This document shows positions 49,809-59,238 of a stretch of DNA of 64,000 bases, in pieces; positions within the stretch are counted from its first letter, which is position 1, and every line of letters starts with the position of its first letter. Position numbers and translations under genes: made by a program. The notes below the pieces were generated by a model. The model did no database searches. It saw nothing but the letters and a program-made list of their open reading frames with translations, and was not told the origin of the DNA. Where the stretch lies: assembly GCA_035635775.1 (NCBI GenBank), contig DASQAL010000008.1, positions 158 to 64,157 of the forward strand, written 5' to 3'. The stretch is from Candidatus Acidiferrum sp. (GTDB lineage: Bacteria > Methylomirabilota > Methylomirabilia > Rokubacteriales > CSP1-6).

Positions 49809-51086
49809 TCAGAGCAGCTTGAAGAGGCGGGGTAGGATCAGCGTGATCTGCGGCACCAGGATGATGATGACGAGTCCGACCAGCAGCACGGCCACGAAGG
49901 GCAGCATCGCGCGCGTGGCCCGGTCCACCGAGACCTCCGCGATCCCGCAGGCGATGAAGAGGCCCACCCCGATCGGCGGCAGGAAGAGCCCGATGCCCAC
50001 CGCGGCCACGACGACGATGGCGTAGTGGATGGGGTCGATGCCGAGCCCGTTCGCCACCGGCAGGAGGCTCGGCAGGAGGATGACCACCGCGGGGAGCCCT
50101 TCGATCACCGCGCCGAAGAAGATGAAGATGGCGGCGGTGAGGAAGAGGAAGATCAGGCTGCTGCCCGGCACCACCGTCATGATCCGGATCAATGCGGCGG
50201 GCATCTGCTGGACGGTGAGAAACCACGAGACGACCCCCGCGGTGCCGAGCAGCAGCCCCACCGCCCCGGTGATCATCGCCGAATTCATGATGATGGCGGG
50301 CAGGGCGCTCCACTTGATCTCGCGATAGATGAAGAGGCCCACCACCGCGGCGTAGAGCACGGCCAGCACCGAGGCCTCGGTGGGCGTCATGATGCCGCCC
50401 AGGATGCCGCCGAAGATGATCGCGGGCATGCCGAGCGGGATGAGCGCCTGGCGGAAGGCCACGCCCAGCTCGCCCAGGGTGGGCTTGGCCTCGGCCGCGA
50501 TGCCCAGGCGGCCCGCGGTGCGCCAGATATAGGCCATCAGCACCAGCGCCATCACCACCGCGGGCAGGAAGCCGGCGGTGAAGAGCGCGGCCACCGAGAG
50601 GCTCGCCACCGAGCCGATCACGATCATGAGGATGCAGGGCGGCACCAGGATGCCCATCGCGGAGGCCGCCGACACGACCGCGACCGCCAGCTCCTTGCTG
50701 TAGCCGGCGCGCACCATGCCCGGGATGGTGGTGGACGCCACCGCGGAGACGTCGGCTACCGTCGAGCCCGAGATGCCCGAGAAGATGTACTCGGCCGCCA
50801 CCACCGCCATGCCGAGCCCGCCCCGCACCCAGCCGACTAGGGCCACCGCCAACCGGACGAGCCGGCGCGCGATGCCGCCCGTCTCCATGAGCGCGCCGGC
50901 CAGGATGAAGAGCGGCAGGGAGAGCAGGACGAACGAATCCACCTGGTGCAGGATGGTCTGCACCGTCACCGCGAGCGGCACCGGCGCGGCGAGGATGGCG
51001 CCGACGTAGCCGGCCAGCCCCACCGTCACCGCCACCGGCACGCCGATGGCCAGCAGCACCAGGAAGACGAGGCAGACGAGGATCAT
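49809..51086 (-). CDS. TRAP transporter large permease (DctM family)
   Basis: ATG 51086 gives MILVCLVFLVLLAIGVPVA... 425 aa, polytopic. ATGA overlap with dctQ. Confidence 0.9.
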   Translation of the reverse strand: MILVCLVFLVLLAIGVPVAVTVGLAGYVGAILAAPVPLAVTVQTILHQVDSFVLLSLPLFILAGALMETGGIARRLVRLAVALVGWVRGGLGMAVVAAEYIFSGISGSTVADVSAVASTTIPGMVRAGYSKELAVAVVSAASAMGILVPPCILMIVIGSVASLSVAALFTAGFLPAVVMALVLMAYIWRTAGRLGIAAEAKPTLGELGVAFRQALIPLGMPAIIFGGILGGIMTPTEASVLAVLYAAVVGLFIYREIKWSALPAIIMNSAMITGAVGLLLGTAGVVSWFLTVQQMPAALIRIMTVVPGSSLIFLFLTAAIFIFFGAVIEGLPAVVILLPSLLPVANGLGIDPIHYAIVVVAAVGIGLFLPPIGVGLFIACGIAEVSVDRATRAMLPFVAVLLVGLVIIILVPQITLILPRLFKLL

Positions 51087-51520
51087 CGGCCGCGGGCCAG
51101 GCGCCAGAGCTGGGGGACCGAGAAGAGGATCATGAGCGCGCCCCCGATTGGGAGCGCGGCGTAGAACCACACCATGGACAGCTCGAGGGAATCGGAGACC
51201 TGCCGGCGCGCCACCGGCCACATGGCCAGGCCGCCCGCCACCAGCACCCCGCCGAAGGCCACCACGAGCAGACCGACCACCAGATCGGTCGCGCGCCGCA
51301 GGCGGGGGCCGAAGCGGTCGATCAGCAGGTGGAGGCGAAAGTGGGCGCCGCGCCGGACGGCGGACGCGGCGCCCAGGAACACCATCCACACGAAGCAGAG
51401 CCGCGCGACCTCGTCGTACCACTGGAAGGTCGCCTGCAGCACGTAGCGGCTCCACACGCCGAGGAAGACGTCCACCACCAGGACCAGCATCAGTCCCAGG
51501 CAGACCCAGTCGACGAGCAC
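51083..51520 (-). CDS. TRAP transporter small permease (DctQ family)
   Basis: 145 aa with 4 hydrophobic helices. Positioned between DctP-like and DctM-like genes. Confidence 0.8.
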   Translation of the reverse strand: MLVDWVCLGLMLVLVVDVFLGVWSRYVLQATFQWYDEVARLCFVWMVFLGAASAVRRGAHFRLHLLIDRFGPRLRRATDLVVGLLVVAFGGVLVAGGLAMWPVARRQVSDSLELSMVWFYAALPIGGALMILFSVPQLWRLARGR

Positions 51521-51521
51521 G

Positions 51522-52517
51522 CTACTTCGCGGTGGCCCGCGCCTCCGCGATCACCCGATCCACGAGCTCCTTGCCCGCCTTCTGCTCGAGGAACTTCCAG
51601 ACCGGCTGAGCGCGCTCCTGGAAGAGGCGGATGTCCTTCACGTCGTTGACCTGCATGCCCTTGGCCTTCATCAGGGCCAGGCCTTCGACCTCGGCCTTCA
51701 CCTCGTCCTGGCGGTGCTGGGCGCAGGAGGCGGCCATCGTCTCGTCCACGACCTTCTTCAAATCGGCGGGCAGGCCGTCGTACTTCGGCTTGGCCATCAT
51801 CCACACCGCGGCCGGATACGAGTGCAGGGTCTTCGAGTAGTACTTGGTGATCTCGTGGAACTTGTCGGAGACCGCGGTGGTCACCGGCAGCTCGAGCCCG
51901 TCCACCGTGCCCTGGCGCACCGCCATGTACACCTCGCCCCAGATCATCGGCACCGGGTTGGCCCCGAACTGCTTGAAGACCTCGACCAGGGTGGGGATGG
52001 GCGGGACGCGGATGGTCTGGCCCTTCAGATCGTCGGGCACGAACACCGGCCGCTTGTTGGAGAGCACGCCGCGGAACCCCCAGCCGCCGCCGTAGCAGAA
52101 GGGCTTGGCCCCGAGCGGCTCGAAGCGGTTCATCAGCTCCTGCCCGACCGGCCCGTCCATCACCCGCCACGCGTGCTCGCGGTTCTGGTAGAGGAACGGC
52201 ACGTCGGAGGCGAGCATCTTCGGGTCGAACTTGCCGCCCGCCGAGGGCAGGGACACCGCGGCCACGTCCACCGTGCCGAGCTGCATGCCCTCGATCTGGA
52301 CGATCTCGTTCTTGGTGAGCTGTCCGGCCGGGTAGACCTCCACCTTGATGCGGCCGCCGCTCTTCGCCTCGGCGATCTCCTTGAACTTGTACGCGGAGGT
52401 GGTGAAGGGGTTGTCGTTGCCGACGATGGTGGCGAGCTTGAGGGTGACCACCTGGGCGGGCGCGGGTGAGGCGAGCCCGAACACGATGAGCATGACGAGC
52501 GCTGCGCGTAGGACCAT
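51522..52517 (-). CDS. TRAP transporter solute-binding protein (DctP family)
   Basis: Signal peptide MVLRAALVMLIVFGLASPAPAQ, then a DctP-like sequence (..YPAGQL..E..Q..G..D..). Confidence 0.85.
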   Translation of the reverse strand: MVLRAALVMLIVFGLASPAPAQVVTLKLATIVGNDNPFTTSAYKFKEIAEAKSGGRIKVEVYPAGQLTKNEIVQIEGMQLGTVDVAAVSLPSAGGKFDPKMLASDVPFLYQNREHAWRVMDGPVGQELMNRFEPLGAKPFCYGGGWGFRGVLSNKRPVFVPDDLKGQTIRVPPIPTLVEVFKQFGANPVPMIWGEVYMAVRQGTVDGLELPVTTAVSDKFHEITKYYSKTLHSYPAAVWMMAKPKYDGLPADLKKVVDETMAASCAQHRQDEVKAEVEGLALMKAKGMQVNDVKDIRLFQERAQPVWKFLEQKAGKELVDRVIAEARATAK

Positions 52518-52619
52518 GACGAGCCTCCAGCGGCGTTGGGGGTGGGCGGCGTCTGGGCTCGCTTATATCCCAGGCTCCCCCTGGGTCGCAAGCGCCGCGA
52601 CTTTGCTACACTCGGCCCC

Positions 52620-53471
52620 ATGAGCTGGATCGACCCGAATTTTCCAAACTGCGCGACGCCCACGGACCTGGTCGGCCGCGTGCTCGGGCTCAATCCCGGG
52701 ATGATGACGGGGCCCGGCACCAACACCTACCTGGTCGGCCGCACCTATCCGATCCTGATCGACACCGGCGCCGGCGAGGCCGACTATCCCGCGCTGTTCG
52801 AGCGGTACCTGCGGGAGCGCGGCTGGCGGCGGCCGGAGCGCATCATCCTGACCCATCGCCATCGCGATCACCTGGGCGGGGTGGGCCAGCTCCGCGAGCT
52901 GTTCCCGGGCGTGCCCGTGTCCAAGCTGATCTTCAGGGATTCCGGGCTGCCCGAGGACGTGGACATGCTGCGGGACGGCGAGCTGGTGGAGGGCGACGGT
53001 GTCACCCTCGTGCCGATCCACACCCCCGGCCACGCCTCCGACCATCTCTGTTTCTTCCTGAAAGAAGAGCGCGCGCTCTTCAGCGGCGACCTGATCCTGA
53101 ACGGCTCCACCACCGTGATCCCCGACGAGGACGGCGACCTCGGCCAGTACCTCGACTCGCTCCGCCGCGTGCAGGCCCTCGGCGTGCGGCACATCTATCC
53201 GGCCCACGGCCCGGTGATCGAGGACGGCCCCGGCAAGATCCAGGAGTTCATCGATCACCGGATGCTGCGCGAGCGCCAGATCCTGGAAGTGCTGGGCGAC
53301 GGCTCGCGCACGGTGCCCGAGATCGTCAAGGTGATCTACGCCGACGTGATGCCCGCGCTCCACCGCATGGCCGGCATGTCGGTGCACTCGCATCTGCGCA
53401 AGCTCAAGAGCGAGGCGCGGGTGAGCGAGGAGACGGTGGCCGGCAGTCCCTCCCGCTGGACCCTGCTCTAG
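52620..53471 (+). CDS. MBL-fold metallo-hydrolase
   Basis: ATG 52620 (MSWIDPNF..). LTHRHRDHLGG (HxHxDH), ..HTPGHASDH... Confidence 0.85.
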   Translation: MSWIDPNFPNCATPTDLVGRVLGLNPGMMTGPGTNTYLVGRTYPILIDTGAGEADYPALFERYLRERGWRRPERIILTHRHRDHLGGVGQLRELFPGVPVSKLIFRDSGLPEDVDMLRDGELVEGDGVTLVPIHTPGHASDHLCFFLKEERALFSGDLILNGSTTVIPDEDGDLGQYLDSLRRVQALGVRHIYPAHGPVIEDGPGKIQEFIDHRMLRERQILEVLGDGSRTVPEIVKVIYADVMPALHRMAGMSVHSHLRKLKSEARVSEETVAGSPSRWTLL

Positions 53472-53494
53472 CGGCTCCGCGCCGCGCCGATCCC

Positions 53495-55135
53495 ATGCTG
53501 CTGACCAACGGCCGTATCCACACGATGGACGCCGCCGGCTCCGTGGTGGATTCCCTCGTCATCCGCGCCGGCCGCGTGGCCTTCGCGGGCCGGCGCGGCG
53601 ACATCAACCCGGCTCCGCGCGAGCCCACGCTCGACCTGGGCGGCCGCGCGGTGCTGCCGGGACTGGTGGATGGGCACGGGCACCTGATGCTGCTGGCCCG
53701 CGCGCGGCTCGAGCTGAACCTGGCCACCGCGGGCTCGGAGGACGAGATCGCGCAGATGGTGGCGGCGGCCGCGGCGCGGTTGCGACCGGGGCAGTGGATC
53801 AGCGGGCGCGGCTGGGATCAGACGCGCTGGCCCGGGCAGGCCTACCCTGGGCGCGCCTCGCTCGATCGCGCGGCGCCCGGGCATCCGGTCGCGCTCATCC
53901 GCGTGGACGGCCACGCGACCTGGGCCAGCGGCGAGGCGCTCACCCGCGCCGGCATCACGCGCCACTCCAGCGACCCGCCGGGCGGCCTCATCACGAAGGA
54001 CGCAAACGGCGAGCCCACCGGGATCCTGATCGACCTGGCCCAGGACATCATCCGCTCGCTGGTCCCGGCGCCGGCGGAGGAGCGCTTCGACCAGGCGGTG
54101 CGCGAGACCATGGCCGAGTGCCTCGCCAAGGGGCTCACCGGCGCGCACGAGCCGGGGCTCGACCTGTCGGCCGTCGCGTCGTACACGCGGCTGATCGAGC
54201 GCGGCCAGTTCCCGTTCCGCGTCTTCGCGGCGCTCTCCGGCAAGAAGGCCTGGGCCCGCTACCGCGACGGCGCGCCCGAGACGGTGGGCGACGGCCGGCT
54301 CGTGGTGGGCGCGGTGAAGCTCTGGCTCGACGGGGCGCTCGGCTCGCGCGGGGCCGCGCTGCACTCGCCCTACTGCGACGATCCCGCGAACACCGGGCTC
54401 GTGCGGGTGCCGCCCGAAGACGTCGAGCGGCTCACCCGCGAGGTGAGCGCCCGCGGCTTCCACGTGTGGGTGCACGCCATCGGTGATCGCGCCAATACCA
54501 TGGTGCTCGACGTCTTCGAGCGCGTGCGGGCCGTGGGCGGCCCGCAATCACGGTTGCGCGTGGAGCACGCCCAGATCCTCACCCCCGCGGACATGCCGCG
54601 CTTCGCGCGCCTCGGCGTGGTTCCGAGCATGCAGCCGACGCACTGCACCTCCGACATGCGGTGGGCGGGGGAGCGCCTCGGCCCCGAGCGGCTCGCGGGC
54701 GCCTACGCCTGGCGGTCGGTACTGGACGCGGGCGCCTATATCGCGGGCGGCTCCGACTTCCCGGTGGAGGACGCCAACCCGTTCCACGGCCTGCACGCCG
54801 CGGTGACCCGCCGGCCCCGCGAGGGTGACGACCCGGGCTGGCAGCCCGCCCAGCGCATGACTCGCGAGGAAGCGGTGCGCTCGTTCACGATCTGGAACGC
54901 GCGCTCCATCGGCCTGGAGGCCGACCAGGGCTCGCTGGAGGCGGGCAAGCGCGCCGACCTCATCGCGCTCTCCGACGACGTGTTCACCTGCGCGGAGGAG
55001 AAGATCGCCGGCCTCGCCCCGGTGCTCACCATGGTGGGCGGGGCCGTCGCGTACGCCGTGGATCAGGACTTCGGCGCGAGCCGCTCCGCGAGCCGTGCGA
55101 GCTCCGCCGGATCGACGTCGGACACGAGCGCGTAA
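53495..55135 (+). CDS. Amidohydrolase family protein (Amidohydro_3 / YtcJ-like)
   Basis: ..PGLVDGHGHL.., ..VHAIGDRAN.., ..VEHAQIL.., ..GSDFPVE... The C-terminal 24 codons overlap the convergent anti-sigma gene. Confidence 0.85.
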   Translation: MLLTNGRIHTMDAAGSVVDSLVIRAGRVAFAGRRGDINPAPREPTLDLGGRAVLPGLVDGHGHLMLLARARLELNLATAGSEDEIAQMVAAAAARLRPGQWISGRGWDQTRWPGQAYPGRASLDRAAPGHPVALIRVDGHATWASGEALTRAGITRHSSDPPGGLITKDANGEPTGILIDLAQDIIRSLVPAPAEERFDQAVRETMAECLAKGLTGAHEPGLDLSAVASYTRLIERGQFPFRVFAALSGKKAWARYRDGAPETVGDGRLVVGAVKLWLDGALGSRGAALHSPYCDDPANTGLVRVPPEDVERLTREVSARGFHVWVHAIGDRANTMVLDVFERVRAVGGPQSRLRVEHAQILTPADMPRFARLGVVPSMQPTHCTSDMRWAGERLGPERLAGAYAWRSVLDAGAYIAGGSDFPVEDANPFHGLHAAVTRRPREGDDPGWQPAQRMTREEAVRSFTIWNARSIGLEADQGSLEAGKRADLIALSDDVFTCAEEKIAGLAPVLTMVGGAVAYAVDQDFGASRSASRASSAGSTSDTSA

Positions 55136-55851
55136 CCCAGCTCCCCGTCGCGCCACAGCACCGAGTTGAACCCCCGAGAGGTCGTGACGTGGGCCTGACC
55201 TCCGCCCACACGCACGAGCCCCCGCGTCGGCCACGGCAGCCCGTCGGCGCGAAAGACGAAGAGCGAGATCGTGTGCAGGCGCCGGTTGAAGACGAACACG
55301 GCGGCCTTGCGGTCGAGGTAGTAGCCGACCGCGCCGCCCCGCAGCGGGAAGTCCTGGTCGCCGTCGAAGCGCACGACCGGCGCGAAGTCGAGGCGCCCCT
55401 CGAACCACGGCTTGACCTGGTGGATGCCGCCGCTCTCGATGTCGAGCGGATGCTGACTCGACAGGATCCGCAGATGATCGTTGACCGCCTCGGCGACCAT
55501 CCGGGTGGCGGCGCGCTCGCTCACCCGCTGGTAGGCGAGCGGCCCCACGATCAGGAGCACCGCGGCCGCCGCCGCGACCGGGACGAGGTACCGCGCCCGG
55601 CGCCGCCAGAGGCCCGGCGTGGCCGCCGGCGCGCCCGGCCACTCCGCGGCCAGCCGGCGCTTCAGGGACACCGGCGCTCGGTGCTGGGGGAGCCGGCTCT
55701 CGAGCGCCTCGCTCAGGAGCGCCTCCGCCGCCGCCTCGTGCGCGCACGCGGCGCACGTCTGCAGGTGCGCCTGCAGCGCCGCGTGCGTCTCCGGGGCGAG
55801 CCGGCCGCGCTGGGCGTCCAGGAGCCGGTCCCGGGCTTCCTCGCAGGTCAT
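55063..55851 (-). CDS. Anti-sigma factor (zf-HC2 N-terminus, one TM, extracytoplasmic domain)
   Basis: ATG 55851 overlaps the sigma stop (ATGA). [22 protein letters not shown] (H-x3-C-x2-C). TM segment [20 protein letters not shown]. Confidence 0.8.
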   Translation of the reverse strand: MTCEEARDRLLDAQRGRLAPETHAALQAHLQTCAACAHEAAAEALLSEALESRLPQHRAPVSLKRRLAAEWPGAPAATPGLWRRRARYLVPVAAAAAVLLIVGPLAYQRVSERAATRMVAEAVNDHLRILSSQHPLDIESGGIHQVKPWFEGRLDFAPVVRFDGDQDFPLRGGAVGYYLDRKAAVFVFNRRLHTISLFVFRADGLPWPTRGLVRVGGGQAHVTTSRGFNSVLWRDGELGYALVSDVDPAELARLAERLAPKS

Positions 55852-56390
55852 CGCGCGTAGTCCTTGAGCAGCGCGCGCAGCGCCGCGCGCGCCCGCGACA
55901 GCCGGGACTTCACGGTCCCGATCGGGCAGCCCACGACCAGGGCGACCTCGACCTCGGTCAACCCCTCGAGGTCCAGCAGGATCACGGTGCGCGCCTCCTC
56001 GCTGAGAGTCATGAGCGCGCGCTCGATCTCCTCGCCGACCACCTTCCGCAGCCGGTCCAGCTCGAGATCGCCCCGGAGCCACTGCACCGGCTCCACGCCC
56101 TGCGCGGTGGGCGCCACCGTGTCGAGCCCGCCCACCGTGGGGTTGTGCCGCTCGTGGCGGTACTGGCTGAGGAACGTGTTGCGCAGGATGCGGAAGAGCC
56201 AGGCCTTGAGATTGGTCCCCGGCGTGTACTGGTGCGCCGAGGTGAGGGCGCGCGCGTAGGTCTCCTGCACGAGGTCTTCCGCATCGGTCGGGCTGCGGGT
56301 GAGGTACCGGGCAAGGTTGTAGAGCGTGTCCGCGTAGGCCAGGGCCTCGCGCCCGAGCCCGCCCGCGTCGGCCCGCCCCCATCTCGCCAT
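55848..56390 (-). CDS. ECF-type RNA polymerase sigma factor
   Basis: ATG 56390 (MARWGRAD..). Region 2 [27 protein letters not shown]. Region 4 [31 protein letters not shown]. Confidence 0.9.
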   Translation of the reverse strand: MARWGRADAGGLGREALAYADTLYNLARYLTRSPTDAEDLVQETYARALTSAHQYTPGTNLKAWLFRILRNTFLSQYRHERHNPTVGGLDTVAPTAQGVEPVQWLRGDLELDRLRKVVGEEIERALMTLSEEARTVILLDLEGLTEVEVALVVGCPIGTVKSRLSRARAALRALLKDYAR

Positions 56391-56437
56391 GCCGTGATCA
56401 TAGGCCTCGCTCACGCCACTCCGCCATCGACCATCGC

Positions 56438-56462
56438 AACGCGGGGCCGGCCGGATCGTTCC
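56438..56462 (-). promoter_or_regulatory. ECF-type promoter motif GGAAC-N16-CGTT upstream of the sigma/anti-sigma operon
   Basis: The reverse strand reads ctGGAACgatccggccggccccgCGTTgcg. It lies about 48 nt upstream of ATG 56390. Confidence 0.5.
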
Positions 56463-56485
56463 AGCCCGGATTGTTTTCGAGCCAT

Positions 56486-56510
56486 GGAACGACGAGGGCG
56501 GGGCAGCGTT
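56486..56510 (+). promoter_or_regulatory. ECF-type promoter motif GGAAC-N16-CGTT upstream of the cupredoxin operon
   Basis: The forward strand reads atGGAACgacgagggcggggcagCGTTggc, then GGAGGAG (56520-56526) and ATG 56533. Confidence 0.5.
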
Positions 56511-56532
56511 GGCACGGACGGAGGAGTCGAGC

Positions 56533-56892
56533 ATGAGACCACGAGATGACGGATGGAGATGCCGGATCCTGGTGGGGGTGGCGGTCGCGGGGCTGCTGCT
56601 GGCCCCATCGGGCCCGGCGCGGGCGCAGCCGCAGACGGGGCCGCACATCGAGATCAAGGCGCACGGCTACGGGATCCCCGAGCTGGCGGTCCAGCCGGGC
56701 ACCACCGTCACCTGGATCAATCACGACGACGATCCCCACACCGTGACCTCGACCGAGAACGTCTTCCGGTCGCCGGGGATCGATACCGACGAGACCTACT
56801 CTTACACGTTCACCAAGCCGGGTACCTACGAGTACTTCTGCACCTTGCACCCGCTGATGACGGGCAAGGTCGTGGTGAGGAGCGGATCATGA
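56533..56892 (+). CDS. Secreted cupredoxin (plastocyanin/amicyanin-like blue copper protein)
   Basis: ATG 56533 with RBS GGAGGAG. Signal peptide ..[20 protein letters not shown]. Copper ligands [18 protein letters not shown] (H, C, H, M). Confidence 0.85.
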   Translation: MRPRDDGWRCRILVGVAVAGLLLAPSGPARAQPQTGPHIEIKAHGYGIPELAVQPGTTVTWINHDDDPHTVTSTENVFRSPGIDTDETYSYTFTKPGTYEYFCTLHPLMTGKVVVRSGS

Positions 56893-57821
56893 GCGACCAG
56901 GGCGGCGTCGACCGGCGGGGGTTTCTCCAGTGCATGGCGTGGACGGGGACGGGCCTGCTCTGGTCCGTCGCGGGCGGAGTGCTCTCGTCCCGGGCGATCG
57001 GCGTGGGCGCGGCAGAGGCCCAGTCCGCGCCGGCCACCTTCAGCTTCGCCCAGATCAGCGACACCCACATCGGCTTCAAGGGCGCCGCGAACCTGGACGC
57101 GATGGGCACCTTCGAGGCGGCGGTCGCCCGCATCAGGGCGCTCGACCCCAAGCCGGCCTTCCTGATCCACACCGGCGACATCACCCACGCGCAGAAGGCG
57201 GGCGCGTTCGACGTGGCCAGCGAGGCGCTCAAGGGCACCGGCATCGAGCGCACGTTCTACGTGCCGGGCGAGCACGACGTGTTTGTCGACGGCGGCACCG
57301 AGTATCTGAATCGCTTCGCGGCGGGCCGGCCAGGCCGCGGCTGGCAGAGCTTCGACTTCGGCGGCGTGCACTTCGTCGGTCTCGTCAATGTGCTCAGCTA
57401 CAAGGCGGGCGGGCTCGGCAGCCTCGGGCCCGCGCAGCTCGAGTGGCTGGAGCGCGACGTCGTGGGCCTCGCGAGCAGCACGCCCGTCGTGGTCTTCGCG
57501 CACGTGCCGCTCTGGACGGTGTACCCGCAGTGGGGCTGGGTGACCGACGACGGCGCGCAGGCCCTCGCCTATCTCAAGCGCTTCGGCTCCGTCACCGTGC
57601 TGAACGGCCACATCCACCAGATCATGCAGAAGGTGGAGGGCAACATCACCTTCCACACCGCGCGCTCCACCGCCTTCCCGCAGCCCGCCCCCGGCGCCGC
57701 GCCTGCGCCGGGTCCCATGAAGGTGCCGGTCGAGGAGCTGCGGGGCATGCTGGGAGTCCGCGAGGTCACCTACGCGCCGGGCAAGGACCGCCTGGCGGTG
57801 GTGGACCCCTCGCTCGCGTAG
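56889..57821 (+). CDS. Tat-exported metallophosphoesterase
   Basis: ATG overlaps the cupredoxin stop (ATGA). Twin-arginine signal VDRRGFLQCMA. Motifs ISDTHIG, HTGDITH, VPGEHD, NGHIH. Confidence 0.85.
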   Translation: MSDQGGVDRRGFLQCMAWTGTGLLWSVAGGVLSSRAIGVGAAEAQSAPATFSFAQISDTHIGFKGAANLDAMGTFEAAVARIRALDPKPAFLIHTGDITHAQKAGAFDVASEALKGTGIERTFYVPGEHDVFVDGGTEYLNRFAAGRPGRGWQSFDFGGVHFVGLVNVLSYKAGGLGSLGPAQLEWLERDVVGLASSTPVVVFAHVPLWTVYPQWGWVTDDGAQALAYLKRFGSVTVLNGHIHQIMQKVEGNITFHTARSTAFPQPAPGAAPAPGPMKVPVEELRGMLGVREVTYAPGKDRLAVVDPSLA

Positions 57822-57831
57822 AGCGGAGCAG

Positions 57832-59238
57832 CTAGAAGCGCAGCAGCAGCAGGAAGCTCGTGGTGGCCAGCAGGTTGCTGGCCGCGTGGGCCAGCATGCC
57901 GGGCAGCAGGCTGCGCGTGCGCTCGTAGCCCAGGGCCCAGATCATCCCGCTCCAGGTGACCGCCGCGAAGCCCTGCAGCCCGTAGCCGTGGGCCACGCCG
58001 AAGAGCGCCGCGCTCAGCAGGGCGGCGGGCCAGGGCGGGAGGCGGAGGCGCAGGGTGGGGTAGAGCAGGCCGCGGAAGGCCAGCTCCTCGAAGATGGGGG
58101 CCCAGACCACGCCGTCTATCGTGCTGGCCGCCACCGTGGCCGGCGAGCCCCACAGGAACTCCTCGAGGAAGCCGTCCGCCCAGTGCGACGTCACGCCGAG
58201 GGCGGTGAGGCCCATCGAGAGCAGGCTCTCTCCCGCCATCGAGATGCCGAGCAGCACGATGGCCCAGCCGACGACGCGGAGGGTCTGGCCTTGCGGCACG
58301 CGCAGGCCGAAGGCCTCGCGGACCGATGCGCCGCGGGCGTGCAGATAGCGGCGGACCCACCAGAGCATGGGCACACCGCCCAGCAGCCCCATGGCGACGG
58401 TGGTGACGGGGGTGCGCGGCAGCAGCACGACCAGGGCCGCGGGCATGAGCAGGTAGGCGAAGGCGGCGCGGAAGAAGAGGCCGAGCCCGTCGGCGCCGCG
58501 CCAGACCGGCGGCAGCGGTGCCTCCGCCACGCGCGCGCCGCGCGGGGCGCGGAGCAGGCGCCGGAGGAGCACGAGGGCCAGCAGGAACAGCCCCACGCCC
58601 GTGGCGGTGAGCCCCCGCACCCGCCGGAGCAGCGCGCGCCCGCGGGCCTCGATGCTCGCCTCGGCGTCGGCCTGGAGCGTCGGGTCGTCCACCCGGGTGG
58701 CGATGCGGCGCACCAGGGTGTCGGTGAACCAGTCGCGCGGTAGCTCCCGGCGGATCTCCTCGGCCATCGCGGTGGCGTCCTGCGGCGACGGCGCCTCGAG
58801 ATAGGCGGCGTCGAGCCAGCGCCCGTACTGGGCGGCCGCGGTGTCCGTGCTCTCCAGGGCTTCGATGATGGAGGCGGCGCGCTCGAGCTGGCCGCTCTCG
58901 GCCAGCAGCACCACCAGGTCGAGATCGGTGCGGGCGGAGCGCTGGTCCTCGTCCAGCTCGTCGAAGCGGGCGATGGCGTCCTCGAACGTCTCCGGATCCG
59001 AGCCGGTGAGCTCGTAGAGCTTCATCTCCCACCTGGGGATCTCGTCCATCACGTCGTGGAGATCCATCTCGCGGGAGACCAGGCGCTCGAGCGATTCCTC
59101 CGGCTTCTCCAGGTTGGCGACCGGCGAGCCCCAGCTCCAGTAGAAGAAGCCGACCAGCAGGGCGGTGAGCACAGCGTAGAGCGCCGTGGCCCAGGGAGAG
59201 AAGTAGCGGGTGGCGGGCCCGTCTCCGGGCGGGGTCAG
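57832..59238 (-). CDS. CPBP-family intramembrane glutamic endopeptidase (CAAX protease-like) with long N-terminal extension
   Basis: EELAFRG, FGVAH and HAASN motifs in the C-terminal polytopic part. The conserved frame starts at the upstream stop. CTG 59238 overlaps TGA (CTGA). The first canonical start, GTG 59172, would begin inside TM1. Confidence 0.75.
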   Translation of the reverse strand: MTPPGDGPATRYFSPWATALYAVLTALLVGFFYWSWGSPVANLEKPEESLERLVSREMDLHDVMDEIPRWEMKLYELTGSDPETFEDAIARFDELDEDQRSARTDLDLVVLLAESGQLERAASIIEALESTDTAAAQYGRWLDAAYLEAPSPQDATAMAEEIRRELPRDWFTDTLVRRIATRVDDPTLQADAEASIEARGRALLRRVRGLTATGVGLFLLALVLLRRLLRAPRGARVAEAPLPPVWRGADGLGLFFRAAFAYLLMPAALVVLLPRTPVTTVAMGLLGGVPMLWWVRRYLHARGASVREAFGLRVPQGQTLRVVGWAIVLLGISMAGESLLSMGLTALGVTSHWADGFLEEFLWGSPATVAASTIDGVVWAPIFEELAFRGLLYPTLRLRLPPWPAALLSAALFGVAHGYGLQGFAAVTWSGMIWALGYERTRSLLPGMLAHAASNLLATTSFLLLLRF

